This document shows positions 1-9,780 of a DNA stretch of 64,000 nucleotides, in pieces. Source of the stretch: an uncultured Candidatus Peribacteria bacterium (GTDB lineage: Bacteria; Patescibacteriota; Gracilibacteria; RBG-16-42-10). The position numbers were made by a program, and so were the translations under genes. The stretch covers positions 186,001 to 250,000 of the forward strand of contig CAZERA010000001.1 of assembly GCA_964514565.1 (NCBI GenBank), given 5' to 3'. Numbering within the stretch: position 1 is the stretch's first letter; each line of letters opens with the position of its first letter. The notes beneath the pieces were generated by a model, which worked only from the letters and a program-made list of their open reading frames with translations, made no database searches and was not told the origin of the DNA.

Positions 1-214
1 ATACCATCACAGTCAGGTCCACAGTACCTTCCATACCGACAGACTTGAGAGGAGCTAATACTGATTGAAATTGAGCACCTGTCTTGAGATACTTGTCCAT
101 TGGTAAACCATTGATAGACACATCACCTTTACCTTTTGGAAACAATCGTACTGTAGCAGTAGATGTCTTGCGATATCCGTTTGCGTAGAAGTAATTAGAA
201 GTTTTAGTAGTCAT
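1..214 (-). CDS. rpsI: 30S ribosomal protein S9 (5' part; runs off window)
   Basis: Manual translation from ATG at 214: MTTKTSNYFYANGYRKTSTATVRLFPKGKGDVSING..., the S9 N-terminal motif; directly downstream of rplM. Confidence 0.95.
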   Translation of the reverse strand, partial: MTTKTSNYFYANGYRKTSTATVRLFPKGKGDVSINGLPMDKYLKTGAQFQSVLAPLKSVGMEGTVDLTVMV

Positions 215-225
215 ATAGTAGTAAA

Positions 226-657
226 CTAGAAGGTAAGAGTGGTAGGTTGTTGGGCTTCGTATTTGTGGGTAGGACCTACTACTACTTTGAGACGGCTGAT
301 CATATCATTTGCCAATCTGTTCTTAGGAAGCATGCGTTCTACAGCATCACTAATGACACGCTCTGGATTCTTTTTGAGAATGTCTTTCAGAGGTTCTTCA
401 TAAAGATTACCCATGTACTGGCTATGATTGTAGTACATTTTGTCTGTGAGCTTCTTGCCAGTTACTTTGATCTTTTCACAGTTGATTACGATAACGTAAT
501 CGCCATGAGAAGCATGAGGAGTAAACTGAGCTCGATGCTTACCGCGTAGTACCAAAGCAATACGGCTAGCTAGACGTCCCAAGATTTGACCTTCAGCGTC
601 TACTACATGCCAAGTAGCTGTAGTGGTGTGTGATTTGATGACAGATGTCTTTTTCAT
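226..657 (-). CDS. rplM: 50S ribosomal protein L13
   Basis: WHVVDAEGQILGRLAS, FTPH..GDYVIVIN motifs. Confidence 0.98.
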   Translation of the reverse strand: MKKTSVIKSHTTTATWHVVDAEGQILGRLASRIALVLRGKHRAQFTPHASHGDYVIVINCEKIKVTGKKLTDKMYYNHSQYMGNLYEEPLKDILKKNPERVISDAVERMLPKNRLANDMISRLKVVVGPTHKYEAQQPTTLTF

Positions 658-671
658 ACTATTAACAAAAT

Positions 672-1028
672 TTAAGAAACGAAAGCTACCTCGATTTGAG
701 GAGCAGCATCGCTAACGCGAGGCAAACGATTGTGCAAGCTAACAAAACCTGAATTGCGATCAGTATAACGAGCCTTCAAAGTCTGAAGCATCTTTTTGGT
801 TGCTTCTTCATCAAAGAACACTTCATTGAGCTTACGAGCTGCTGTGACTAGATCATCCTGCTTAGCAATAGTTACAAGCTTCTCAATATAAGGCTTGAGT
901 ACACGTGCTTTTGCAGCTGTTGTGACAATTTTCTCATGGAGTACAAGAGAAGTTGCGAGATTACGAAGCAATGACTTTTTAGCTTTGCTTGGTCTACTGA
1001 GTAGATTTCTTTTTCGATTGTGACGCAT
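672..1028 (-). CDS. rplQ: 50S ribosomal protein L17
   Basis: MRH...LLRNLATSLVLHEKIVTT.AKA; follows rpoA. Confidence 0.98.
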   Translation of the reverse strand: MRHNRKRNLLSRPSKAKKSLLRNLATSLVLHEKIVTTAAKARVLKPYIEKLVTIAKQDDLVTAARKLNEVFFDEEATKKMLQTLKARYTDRNSGFVSLHNRLPRVSDAAPQIEVAFVS

Positions 1029-1037
1029 AACAATTAA

Positions 1038-1970
1038 TTATTCACTTAAATGTAAATCCATTTTCTGGAGAGCTTTGACCACCTCAGTGATACCCTTTTT
1101 GCCAAAGCCACGGAGATTTGTGAGTTGTTTCTCTGTGTAGGTCAAAAGTTCTTCTACAGAACCAATGCCATTGTTGATCAAAGCGTTTTCAGCTCTTTGA
1201 GAGATCTTTAAAGCTTCAATCGGGGTATACTTCTTCTCATGCTTAGGCTCACTTTTTGCTACTTTCTCGCTACTTTCTTTCTTAGTAGTAGGAACATCAG
1301 CATCAAAGAGAGTCATGTATTGGCGCAAAATACGAGCGCTCATACTTACTACTTCTTGAGGAGAGATAGTACCATCAGTAGCGATCTCCACATCCAAGCG
1401 ATCCAAGTCAGTCATTTGGCCAACACGAGTGTTGGTGACTTCATAACGCACTTTACTGATTGGAGAATACAATGCATCAACTGCAATCATTTCTGCCTCT
1501 AGCTCACGTTTGTCACGGAGATTACTTGGTAAGTAACCAATACCGTTTTCTACTTTAAGTTCCATCTCAATACTATGGCCTTTTTCGAGAGTACAGATTA
1601 CTAAATCTGGATTAACGATTTCTACTTCTGAAGGAGCTTTGATTTGTGCTGCTGTGATCTTACCCTCTTTGTTTGCTTTGAGAGTAAGAGAAGCGCTGCC
1701 ACTTGAAGTTTTTTTGATACGAAGCAATTTGAGATTGAGGATGATATCAATCATACCTTCTTTGACACCAGGGAGAGTAGTAAATTCATGAGTAACCCCT
1801 TTGATTTTCACAGCTGTTACTGCAGCACCAGGAATAGAAGATAAAATAATTCTTCTGAGGGAATTACCAAGTGTCATACCATATCCAGGTGGCAATGGAG
1901 TGATCGTAATTAAACTACGATTGTCTCCGAGAGATTGGTTGGTAACTTTGGTAAGTTCGAAGTTAATCAT
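1038..1970 (-). CDS. rpoA: RNA polymerase alpha subunit
   Basis: PLPPGYGMTLGNSLRRIILSSIPG, HEFTTLPGVKE, C-terminal domain LRGFGKKG. Confidence 0.99.
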   Translation of the reverse strand: MINFELTKVTNQSLGDNRSLITITPLPPGYGMTLGNSLRRIILSSIPGAAVTAVKIKGVTHEFTTLPGVKEGMIDIILNLKLLRIKKTSSGSASLTLKANKEGKITAAQIKAPSEVEIVNPDLVICTLEKGHSIEMELKVENGIGYLPSNLRDKRELEAEMIAVDALYSPISKVRYEVTNTRVGQMTDLDRLDVEIATDGTISPQEVVSMSARILRQYMTLFDADVPTTKKESSEKVAKSEPKHEKKYTPIEALKISQRAENALINNGIGSVEELLTYTEKQLTNLRGFGKKGITEVVKALQKMDLHLSE

Positions 1971-1994
1971 GTGTAGAGCAGGTAAAGAAATATA

Positions 1995-2618
1995 CTAACG
2001 AGAGTAGAATTCAACTATCTCTTTGATATTCACATTCACTTTAGCCAGATCTTCCTTGCTAGGAGCACTGACGATCTCACCCTTGAGGGCTTTGATATCA
2101 AACTTTAACCATGTAGGTAATTGTACTTTGATACTCTTGCCAGCTTGGATCAATTTCTGAGCTACACTAGCCTTGATAGAAAATTGGTCACCAGGTACAA
2201 GAATACGAGAAGGAGTCTTTACTACGTGGTCGTTTACCAACACGTGACCATGACTAGCCATTTGGCGAGCAAGGTTTGGTGAAGTAACAACACCTGAACG
2301 GAATAATACTGAATCCAAACGCAATTCGAGCATTCCCATCAAATGATCTCCAGTTGAACCCTTGAGTTCAGAGGCATTTGCATAGTAATTCTGTAATTGT
2401 GTTTCGCTTAAACCATAAATTCTCTTGGCTGACTGTTTAGAGCGAAGCTGTTTACCAAAGCTTGAAAGCTTTCGTGAACTATCTTTGCCATGCATACCAG
2501 GAGCAAAAGGACGCACAGTTACTGCACACTTTGGAGACAAACAACGTTCGCCTTTCAAAAACAATTTGTGGCCTTCACGACGACATAGACGACATTTTGG
2601 ACCGGATGAAGTTCTCAT
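1995..2618 (-). CDS. rpsD: 30S ribosomal protein S4 (zinc-binding Cys type)
   Basis: CRLCRREG.KLFLKGERC...KC, PGMHG, LELRLD. Confidence 0.98.
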   Translation of the reverse strand: MRTSSGPKCRLCRREGHKLFLKGERCLSPKCAVTVRPFAPGMHGKDSSRKLSSFGKQLRSKQSAKRIYGLSETQLQNYYANASELKGSTGDHLMGMLELRLDSVLFRSGVVTSPNLARQMASHGHVLVNDHVVKTPSRILVPGDQFSIKASVAQKLIQAGKSIKVQLPTWLKFDIKALKGEIVSAPSKEDLAKVNVNIKEIVEFYSR

Positions 2619-2643
2619 GAGATAAGAATAAACTTAAAATGAA

Positions 2644-3072
2644 TTAAACGCGGCGAGGTTTTTTGTTCCTACAGCCATTGTGGGGGACTGGAGTTACATC
2701 ACTGATTGACACTACGGAGATACCGTTTGATTGTAAAGCACGAATTGATTGTTCACGACCACTACCTACCCCACGCACATAGATGCGTGCCTTAGAAAAA
2801 CCAAAGTTCTTGAGTTTAGTAGCAAGGTTTGTTGCAGCTACTGATGAAGCATAAGGAGTTGGTTTGCGTGAACCTTTGAAACCTGAAGCTCCAGAGCTAG
2901 TCCAAGCCAATACATTTCCTTCTAGATCACAAGCTGTAAGCAAGGTGTTGTTGAAGGTAGCACGAATGTGGATTTCACCTTCTGGCACATTGCGTAATAC
3001 GCGTTTTTTAATCTTTTTTTCTGGAGCCGCTTCAGTAGCTGCTGCAGTGGATTCTGATTTCTTCTCAGCCAT
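2644..3072 (-). CDS. rpsK: 30S ribosomal protein S11
   Basis: TFNNT, GFKGSRK.TPYA, DVTPVPHNGCR. Confidence 0.99.
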   Translation of the reverse strand: MAEKKSESTAAATEAAPEKKIKKRVLRNVPEGEIHIRATFNNTLLTACDLEGNVLAWTSSGASGFKGSRKPTPYASSVAATNLATKLKNFGFSKARIYVRGVGSGREQSIRALQSNGISVVSISDVTPVPHNGCRNKKPRRV

Positions 3073-3084
3073 AAATTAACAGTT

Positions 3085-3468
3085 TTAAGTTTTAGTGAGA
3101 GCTGTCTTCCCGCTACCCATAGTGACACGTTTGCCACGTTTGGTACGAGCATTGGTCTTGGTACGTTGACCACGGACAGGTAATTTTTTCTTATGTCTGT
3201 CTCCGCGGTAAGAACCGATTTCTTGTAGACGCTTGATATTCTGACCAATACTACGGCGAAGATCACCTTCAACTGACATAGCAGCAACAGCTGTACGAAT
3301 GTCATTTGCTTCTTTTTCGCTTAAATCTTTGACCTTTTTTCCTAAATCGATGCCTAGTTCGTTCAAAAGACGAGCACTAGTTGGACGTCCGATGCCATAA
3401 ATGGACATCAGCGCAATTTCTATATTTTTCTTGTCATCGAGATTCACACTAGCGATACGGACTGGCAT
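3085..3468 (-). CDS. rpsM: 30S ribosomal protein S13
   Basis: IYGIG, EGDLRR, LPVRGQRTKTNART. Confidence 0.99.
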   Translation of the reverse strand: MPVRIASVNLDDKKNIEIALMSIYGIGRPTSARLLNELGIDLGKKVKDLSEKEANDIRTAVAAMSVEGDLRRSIGQNIKRLQEIGSYRGDRHKKKLPVRGQRTKTNARTKRGKRVTMGSGKTALTKT

Positions 3469-3502
3469 GAGCTAAAGCTTAAGAGTAATTAACCTAGAAC
3501 GA

Positions 3503-3619
3503 CTAACCTTGACGCTGTTTGTGACGCTTATTTTTCTTACAAATAATACGCACAACACCTTTACGGCGAACAACCAAACAATCACGACAGATTTTTTTCA
3601 CAGATGCTCGTACTTTCAT
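3503..3619 (-). CDS. rpmJ: 50S ribosomal protein L36 (not in ORF track)
   Basis: Manual translation [38 protein letters not shown], between infA and rpsM. Confidence 0.98.
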   Translation of the reverse strand: MKVRASVKKICRDCLVVRRKGVVRIICKKNKRHKQRQG

Positions 3620-3621
3620 AG

Positions 3622-3864
3622 TTATTTTTTTCTGAAGGTAATGCGACCTTTAGTTAGGTCATAAGGGCTTAATTCAACCAAAACACTGTCACCAGGCAAT
3701 ATACGGATGTAATTTTTTCTAATCTTTCCTGACACATGAGCCAAAATCGTATGTTTTTGAGTCGGCTCGCCTGGCTTGCCAGGGAAAGCAATCTCTACAT
3801 AGAATGTAGCGTTTGGCAGTGATTCAATGACCACTCCTTCAATCTGTATAACGTCTTTAGCCAT
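3622..3864 (-). CDS. infA: translation initiation factor IF-1
   Basis: [42 protein letters not shown]. Confidence 0.98.
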   Translation of the reverse strand: MAKDVIQIEGVVIESLPNATFYVEIAFPGKPGEPTQKHTILAHVSGKIRKNYIRILPGDSVLVELSPYDLTKGRITFRKK

Positions 3865-3899
3865 TGACTATAAACTATAGGCTTGTAAAAAGCGTTAAG

Positions 3900-3928
3900 A
3901 ATCTACACTAGATGTTTTATTTGTGCAA
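3900..3928 (-). promoter_or_regulatory. sigma70-type promoter upstream of infA
   Basis: Minus strand TTGCAC-17 nt-TAGATT. Confidence 0.6.
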
Positions 3929-3959
3929 GTCTTTTTTCGTGCGGTTTATTTCGCTAGTT

Positions 3960-4703
3960 TTAGGCAGCAGTGAGCACTCGATGTCCTTTGTCAGTAATGG
4001 CGATAGTATGCTCGAAATGGGCAGATAAAGAGCCGTCTGCAGTAGTCACTGCCCAGTTTACATTATCGATATCCACCTCATAGTCACCGATAGTAACCAT
4101 TGGTTCAACCGCAATTACCATACCTTTTTGCAACATCATGCCTTTGTGTCTACGACCGTAGTTGGGGATGCTAGGTGGTTCGTGCAATTTGCGGCCAATA
4201 CCATGGCCAGTGAGAGCACGGACGACCCCATAGCCAGCGCGTTCAGCATGTTCTTGTACTGCTGCTCCAATATCACCAACTGTATTTCCTGGTTTGATTT
4301 CAGCTATTCCCTTCCATAGAGACTCTTCAGTTACTGCGATCAACTTCTCGACTTCTTTACTTACCTTTCCTACTGGAACAGTAATAGCTGAATCAGATTG
4401 CCAACCTTGCCAGATCAAACCAAGGTCTAAGCTAACAATATCTCCTTCGCGCAGGGGAGTTGTATTGGGAAAAGCGTGAACAACTTGATCATTGACTGAT
4501 GCACATAGGGTAAATGGATAACCTTGGTAACCTTTGAAAGAGACCTTGGAACCTGACTCAATAATCAGTTTCTCCGCCAGTTCATCAAGCATCATTGTTG
4601 TAATACCTGGGCGTACTTCTTTACGGAGTTCAGCTAATACCAATCGTAATTTTTTTCCTGCCTCAGCCATTATGGCAATTTCTTCAGCACTTTTAATCAA
4701 CAT
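3960..4703 (-). CDS. map: type I methionine aminopeptidase (start placed at ATG 4703, MLIKS)
   Basis: SVNDQVVH, DSAIT, GHGIG..LHE.P, EPM, SAHFEHT. Confidence 0.97.
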   Translation of the reverse strand: MLIKSAEEIAIMAEAGKKLRLVLAELRKEVRPGITTMMLDELAEKLIIESGSKVSFKGYQGYPFTLCASVNDQVVHAFPNTTPLREGDIVSLDLGLIWQGWQSDSAITVPVGKVSKEVEKLIAVTEESLWKGIAEIKPGNTVGDIGAAVQEHAERAGYGVVRALTGHGIGRKLHEPPSIPNYGRRHKGMMLQKGMVIAVEPMVTIGDYEVDIDNVNWAVTTADGSLSAHFEHTIAITDKGHRVLTAA

Positions 4704-4724
4704 GGATAAATATTTGGTGTCGGT

Positions 4725-4754
4725 ACTATAGCGTAGTCTGGCTAGTTTGAGCAA
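4725..4754 (-). promoter_or_regulatory. putative promoter for map
   Basis: Minus strand TTGCTC-18 nt-TATAGT, about 20 nt upstream of the ATG. Confidence 0.45.
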
Positions 4755-4887
4755 AATATATTCTCAAACTAGGCAATTCCAGGATACTTTCGTTCTTCAC
4801 TGTCACGCTGATAAGATCAAAGAAATTATTGAAGGTAGTCGGCAAAAGTTAAAAACAATAAATGAACTCGATTCATTTGATCTCTAA
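4747..4887 (+). pseudogene. possible 3' gene remnant (46 codons, ...HADKIKEIIEGSRQKLKTINELDSFDL*)
   Basis: Stop-free, protein-like frame with only a TTG start, upstream of and co-oriented with the inserted oxidase. Confidence 0.25.
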
Positions 4888-5011
4888 ATACTAAACAGTA
4901 AGTACTCACCCATAATTCAAGTAGCTGTTTTCTAGGAGAGCCACTGAGAAGGTTGTCGCTTTATTTGATGAAATTTACTATCATTTAAATAATCAACTTT
5001 ATCCATAAGAA

Positions 5012-6259
5012 ATGAAAAAAGTGGTAATCATTGGTGGTGGATTGAGTGGACTAACTACTGGGTACCTTTTGAGTAAACGAAACTATGATGTGACTATTTT
5101 GGAAAGCAAGGATCGCTTGGGTGGTAGGGTTTTCACTCAAAAGGAAATTGGGTTTGATAACCCATCTTATTTCGAAGTGGGCGCGGAGTGGATAGGTAAA
5201 ACACATAAGCATATTTTGAAACTCTGTAGTAATTTTGGACTTTCTTTGAATGATCATAGTTATACAAAGAATCAATATTTTTTGGACAATAAGTATTCTG
5301 TATCGGATTCTGACCGTTTCGAAGCGGTCAATAAAAAAATAATGGAGTTGATTACTAATATCTCATCTGCTGAACTGGAGACGTTAGATGGCATAAGCTG
5401 GGAAAAGTTTCTGCTTCAGCATTTTTTAGCGGTGGATATCAAAGCGCGCGAATTAATTGATAGTAGTGATTTTTTAGAACACCCGCGAAATCTTTCTGCA
5501 GGATACGTAATAGAAATACTTTTAAAAGGTGGTGAGAATGACCATATGGATTGGCAGTTGGACGGTGGGAATTGTACTTTAATTGAATCTTTGGCTGCGG
5601 CAGTGGGGAAAAACAATATCCATTGTTCTTCTCGGGTGTTGGCAATCTGTAAAAGCGGCAAGCATATGGAAGTAACAGCTGCGACGGGAAAATATTTTGC
5701 AGACTTGATTGTATGCACGGTCCCTATCTCTGTAACAAAGCGTATAAATTGGGCTGGTGTGTTACCAGATGATTTTTTTCGTGACCGAAGTATTTTGAAA
5801 TACGGACAGGTAACTAAGACTGCATTTGTTTTGCCAAAACATATTCCTGCATTTGAAGGTCTTAGTGTTGTCAGTGATCTTATGACTCATGGGGTTTATC
5901 ACTGTACTGATGGTCAAAAAAATGCCACTTCGATACTGATGAGTTATAGCGCTGGCTTTAGATCTGAACAAATGTCTCGTGCTAATAACCATGAGAAATG
6001 GGAAAATCTACTTAAAACTTTAGCTCAGAAAAAACTAGTTCAGCCAACAAAAATCATAAGTATAAACTGGCAAAATGATCCAGATATAGCTGGTGGGTAT
6101 TCACTATTTGCTCCTGAACAAAGAAACTACTTACCAGATTTATTGAGGAAATCATTTGATAATGTGTTTTTTGCTGGAGAGCATACTGCAACATTTTCTG
6201 GCTTTATGGAGGGAGCTGTAGAAAGTGCACACCGTGTAGTAAGCGAAATTTGTGATTAA
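5012..6259 (+). CDS. flavin-dependent amine/L-amino-acid oxidase family protein
   Basis: VIIGGGLSGL..., ESKDRLGGR, EVGAEWI, C-terminal FAGEHT...GFMEGAVESAHR. Confidence 0.9.
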   Translation: MKKVVIIGGGLSGLTTGYLLSKRNYDVTILESKDRLGGRVFTQKEIGFDNPSYFEVGAEWIGKTHKHILKLCSNFGLSLNDHSYTKNQYFLDNKYSVSDSDRFEAVNKKIMELITNISSAELETLDGISWEKFLLQHFLAVDIKARELIDSSDFLEHPRNLSAGYVIEILLKGGENDHMDWQLDGGNCTLIESLAAAVGKNNIHCSSRVLAICKSGKHMEVTAATGKYFADLIVCTVPISVTKRINWAGVLPDDFFRDRSILKYGQVTKTAFVLPKHIPAFEGLSVVSDLMTHGVYHCTDGQKNATSILMSYSAGFRSEQMSRANNHEKWENLLKTLAQKKLVQPTKIISINWQNDPDIAGGYSLFAPEQRNYLPDLLRKSFDNVFFAGEHTATFSGFMEGAVESAHRVVSEICD

Positions 6260-6942
6260 GTTTGGTTGAACAAATCCTTGGCTTTTTCCAATTTTCGATG
6301 GTTGATCTTGAGGAGGGGAGAGAGCTGATTGAAAATATCTTTAGTGACATCAATTACTGATTGGTTCCCATCTACCGTAAGCAACTTTCCTAATGTTCGG
6401 TAGTGATCTATCACCGGGACCGTTTCTTGATAGAAGTTCTTGATTCTTTTTTGAATAGCATCATGTTCATCATCGGCACGGTGAATGAGTACTCCACCGC
6501 AACTATTACATACTTCATGTAAATACTCAGGCGGAAAAGTTTGTTGACATCGACTACAGATACGACGATTGGTTACTCGATAGATAGCAGAGTCTTCATC
6601 CAGGTCAATTAAAATAGCGATTGTATCTCGATGTTTTGTTTCCATCATTTCCTGAAAAGCTACTGCTTGCTCGAGCAGGCGAGGCACACCATCAAATATG
6701 ACCCCATCGATAGTAGCAGGATGATCCAAAAAATCAGCAACTTTCATTAATACAATTCCTTTAGGGACTAATGCCCCTCTATTAATTAACTCTCTAATAG
6801 TCTTTCCTTCTTCATTGTCATGAGCAGCTAATTTTCGTAGTTCAGCACCTGCTTCAAAGATAGGAATATTCAACGCCAATGAAAGTGCTCGCGCCTGAGT
6901 ACCTTTGCCAGATCCTTGGATGCCGAATAAGAGAATGTCCAT
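6256..6942 (-). CDS. adk: adenylate kinase (zinc-lid type; start placed at MDILLFG)
   Basis: GIQGSGKGTQA P-loop, DGVPR, CSRC...CNSCGG lid, RADD. Confidence 0.96.
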   Translation of the reverse strand: MDILLFGIQGSGKGTQARALSLALNIPIFEAGAELRKLAAHDNEEGKTIRELINRGALVPKGIVLMKVADFLDHPATIDGVIFDGVPRLLEQAVAFQEMMETKHRDTIAILIDLDEDSAIYRVTNRRICSRCQQTFPPEYLHEVCNSCGGVLIHRADDEHDAIQKRIKNFYQETVPVIDHYRTLGKLLTVDGNQSVIDVTKDIFNQLSPLLKINHRKLEKAKDLFNQT

Positions 6943-6975
6943 GTTTATATTAGTACTATATTTATTATACATTAC

Positions 6976-7012
6976 TTATGAGGTAAGAGGTAAGAAAGAA
7001 AAGTTAAGAAGT
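6976..7012. repeat. degenerate 7-mer tandem repeat (GTAAGAG-like x5)
   Basis: ttatgag gtaagag gtaagaa agaaaag ttaagaa. Confidence 0.6.
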
Positions 7013-7045
7013 ATATTGTCTGAAGGGAGTACTTATTTTGTGTAC

Positions 7046-7080
7046 AAAAAAAGACTCAAGGTTGTCCCTGAGTCTTTTTT
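7046..7080. terminator. intrinsic (bidirectional) terminator after secY
   Basis: aaaaaaagactca...tgagtctttttt inverted repeat with A/T tails. Confidence 0.85.
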
Positions 7081-7111
7081 GATTAAACACTTTGGCTTAT
7101 TGTGCCTTTGT

Positions 7112-8422
7112 TTAATAAAGTTTCTCGTAATCTTGCATTACCAATTGGGCGTTGATTTGTCTTACTATTTCCATTACTACACCGACAATGATGATCAAAC
7201 CTGCTCCAGAGATGAGGAGAGGTACGTTTGTTTGGAGTTGTGAGCCTACGAATTGAGCCAACATTGGCATTACTGCTACGAAGCCCAAGAAGATTGCTCC
7301 TAGTAGTGTCACACGCTTGGAAACGTTTCTAAGATAAGTAGCTGTCTCACTACCTGGTCTGATGCCAGGGATATAACTACCACGTTTTTGTAAATTCTCT
7401 GCTACTTGATCAGCATTGAATGTAATAGAAACGTAGAAGAAAGTGAAGATAATTACTAACAAGAAATAGATAACAAGATAGAGTGTATTGTTGGCATTGA
7501 AGTTGGTCACTAACCATTTTGATGCATCAGCCAACCAAGTAGTCTTAGCGCTCTGGAAGAAACTAGCGATTAAGCTTGGGAATGAGATGAATGAAACGGC
7601 AAATATGATTGGAATCATACCAGCTTGATTGATACGAATTGGCAAATGAGAACTAGCAGCTGCCCCACGTGCTTGGAGACCAGCATGAGTAATAGGGATC
7701 AAGCGTTGTGCTTCAGTGATCAATACAATCAAAATTGTAAGGATAATGGTGAAGACGATGATACCTAGTAATGTGAAGAGATACCCTGAATCAGCATTAC
7801 TGAGATCCAAAGCAGGACCAAGAATACCAGGGATACCAGCTAAGATATTGGTGAAGATCAAAATAGAAATACCATTACCAATTCCTTTCTCTGATATCAA
7901 TTCACCCAACCACATAGCAATCATAGTACCAGCAGTGATACAGAGCATGATAAAGAACATATTGCCCCAAGATGTATCAGGAATAATTTGAGTCTGCGTA
8001 CTAGCTAAACTAATATCCAAAATACGGATCATGCTATAACCTTGCAAGAAAGCCAAAGGTACAGTCAAATAACGGGTATAGCGATTGAGCTTCTCTCTAC
8101 CTGCATCACCCTCTTTTGATAAGTTTTCTAGTGAAGGTACGATTACTGCCAATAGCTGAACAATAATAGAAGCTGTGATGTATGGAGAGATACCCATTAG
8201 CATCAGAGAGAAACGTTCTAGTCCGCCACCTGTGAGTAAACTAAATGTGCCCAAGAGTTGATTGCTATCGAGCAAACTATGGATACTATCTACATTTACA
8301 CCTGGTACTGGGATATGCGCCAATAAACGAAAGATCGCAACAATGAACAAAGTAAACAAGATGCGGTTTCGAATAGTTTTGCTATGAAAGACTTGCTTGA
8401 GATGAACAAAAATCGCGTTCAT
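7112..8422 (-). CDS. secY: preprotein translocase subunit SecY
   Basis: HIPVPG, MGISPYITASII.QL, WLGELISEKGIGNGIS, IPGIRPG. Confidence 0.99.
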   Translation of the reverse strand: MNAIFVHLKQVFHSKTIRNRILFTLFIVAIFRLLAHIPVPGVNVDSIHSLLDSNQLLGTFSLLTGGGLERFSLMLMGISPYITASIIVQLLAVIVPSLENLSKEGDAGREKLNRYTRYLTVPLAFLQGYSMIRILDISLASTQTQIIPDTSWGNMFFIMLCITAGTMIAMWLGELISEKGIGNGISILIFTNILAGIPGILGPALDLSNADSGYLFTLLGIIVFTIILTILIVLITEAQRLIPITHAGLQARGAAASSHLPIRINQAGMIPIIFAVSFISFPSLIASFFQSAKTTWLADASKWLVTNFNANNTLYLVIYFLLVIIFTFFYVSITFNADQVAENLQKRGSYIPGIRPGSETATYLRNVSKRVTLLGAIFLGFVAVMPMLAQFVGSQLQTNVPLLISGAGLIIIVGVVMEIVRQINAQLVMQDYEKLY

Positions 8423-8434
8423 GGGCTACAAAGT

Positions 8435-8875
8435 TTATTGCAAAATAGTCACACTACCACCAGCTTTTTCTACCATTTCCTTAGCTCCCTTTGAAGCTGC
8501 ATGAGCTTCAACAGAAACTTTTTTAGAAATAGTACCTTGTGCTAATAGTTTTACTGGTTTGTTTACTGAGTGAATAATACCTTTTTCTTTAAGATCCATC
8601 AGAGTAACCTTGCTCATACCGAGATTTTCTAGATCGCGTAAATTTACAACTTGGTAAGAAACACGGTTGATATTGGTGAAACCTCGTAATTGTGGAAGAC
8701 GTTGTGCGAGTGGAGTTTGGTTACCTTCAAAACCTTGGCGGAATTTTGTACCAGCACGTGCATTCTGACCTTTACAACCACGACCAGAGAAACTACCACG
8801 GCCAGAAGAATCTCCACGTCCACGACGTTTACTTTTATAACGAGAATGTGCAGCAGGAGCGAGTGTATTTAACAT
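8435..8875 (-). CDS. rplO: 50S ribosomal protein L15
   Basis: RRGRG.SSGRG..SGRG.KGQ.AR, FEG.QTPL..RLP. Confidence 0.98.
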   Translation of the reverse strand: MLNTLAPAAHSRYKSKRRGRGDSSGRGSFSGRGCKGQNARAGTKFRQGFEGNQTPLAQRLPQLRGFTNINRVSYQVVNLRDLENLGMSKVTLMDLKEKGIIHSVNKPVKLLAQGTISKKVSVEAHAASKGAKEMVEKAGGSVTILQ

Positions 8876-8905
8876 AAAAACAAAATTAGAGTTGAATAGG
8901 AAACC

Positions 8906-9412
8906 TTATGCAGCTACTTTTTCTTCTGTCGCAGCAGGAGCCTCAGCTACAGCACGAAGTTCAGAAAGGGCAGCAAGAGCAGCCTGAGCTGTATTTACTT
9001 TGTTGTTTGAACCATGAGCCTTACTCAAAATATTAGTAATACCAGCTAGTTCTACTACAGTACGAACTGCACCACCAGCGATTACTCCTGTTCCAGTAGG
9101 AGCGGGGAGTAGCATTACAATTGAACTCTTAAACTTAGTACGAACACGGTGAGCAACAGTACCTTTGAAAATATTTACTTCAATCAAGTTTTTCTTCGCT
9201 TGGTTTACTGCTTTGCGTACAGCAGATACAACTTCATCAGCCTTGCCCATACCCATGCCTACCTTGCCTTTGCGATTGCCTACAATAACAGTAGCACGGA
9301 AGCGCATACGACGACCTCCAGATACTACACGAGTAACACGGTCTACTTGGATGACTTGCTCTTCAAATTCGCTACGAGGCTTCTGAGAACGATTGGATGA
9401 ATTCTTTTTCAT
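8906..9412 (-). CDS. rpsE: 30S ribosomal protein S5
   Basis: RVTRVVSGGRRMRF, PAPTGTGVIAGG. Confidence 0.98.
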   Translation of the reverse strand: MKKNSSNRSQKPRSEFEEQVIQVDRVTRVVSGGRRMRFRATVIVGNRKGKVGMGMGKADEVVSAVRKAVNQAKKNLIEVNIFKGTVAHRVRTKFKSSIVMLLPAPTGTGVIAGGAVRTVVELAGITNILSKAHGSNNKVNTAQAALAALSELRAVAEAPAATEEKVAA

Positions 9413-9429
9413 AGAATGGACAATGTGAT

Positions 9430-9774
9430 TTAAAATTGAAGGCCAGCATCACGCAGACCTGTTGCCATAGCCTTGATACGTCCATGATACTTATAACCAT
9501 TACGGTCAAAAGCAATTTCTGTAATCTTTTGGGCGATAATTTTTTCTCCAAGTAATTTACCAATAGCATGAGCTCGTTCAGTTTTGGTACCTTTTACTTT
9601 TTCTACTAAATCACTACCACTCACAAGTACTACTTGTTTAGCAGCATCAACGAGCTGACCATAGATATAGTTCAAGCTGCGATAAACAACTAAGTGAGGT
9701 CTATCACTAAATTGAGAGATTTTAGCTTTGACACGATTGCGGCGTTTGAGACGAATAGATTGGCGAGAGTTCAT
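9430..9774 (-). CDS. rplR: 50S ribosomal protein L18
   Basis: VYRS..YIYGQ, FDRNGYKYHGRIKA. Confidence 0.98.
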   Translation of the reverse strand: MNSRQSIRLKRRNRVKAKISQFSDRPHLVVYRSLNYIYGQLVDAAKQVVLVSGSDLVEKVKGTKTERAHAIGKLLGEKIIAQKITEIAFDRNGYKYHGRIKAMATGLRDAGLQF

Positions 9775-9780
9775 ACAAAT

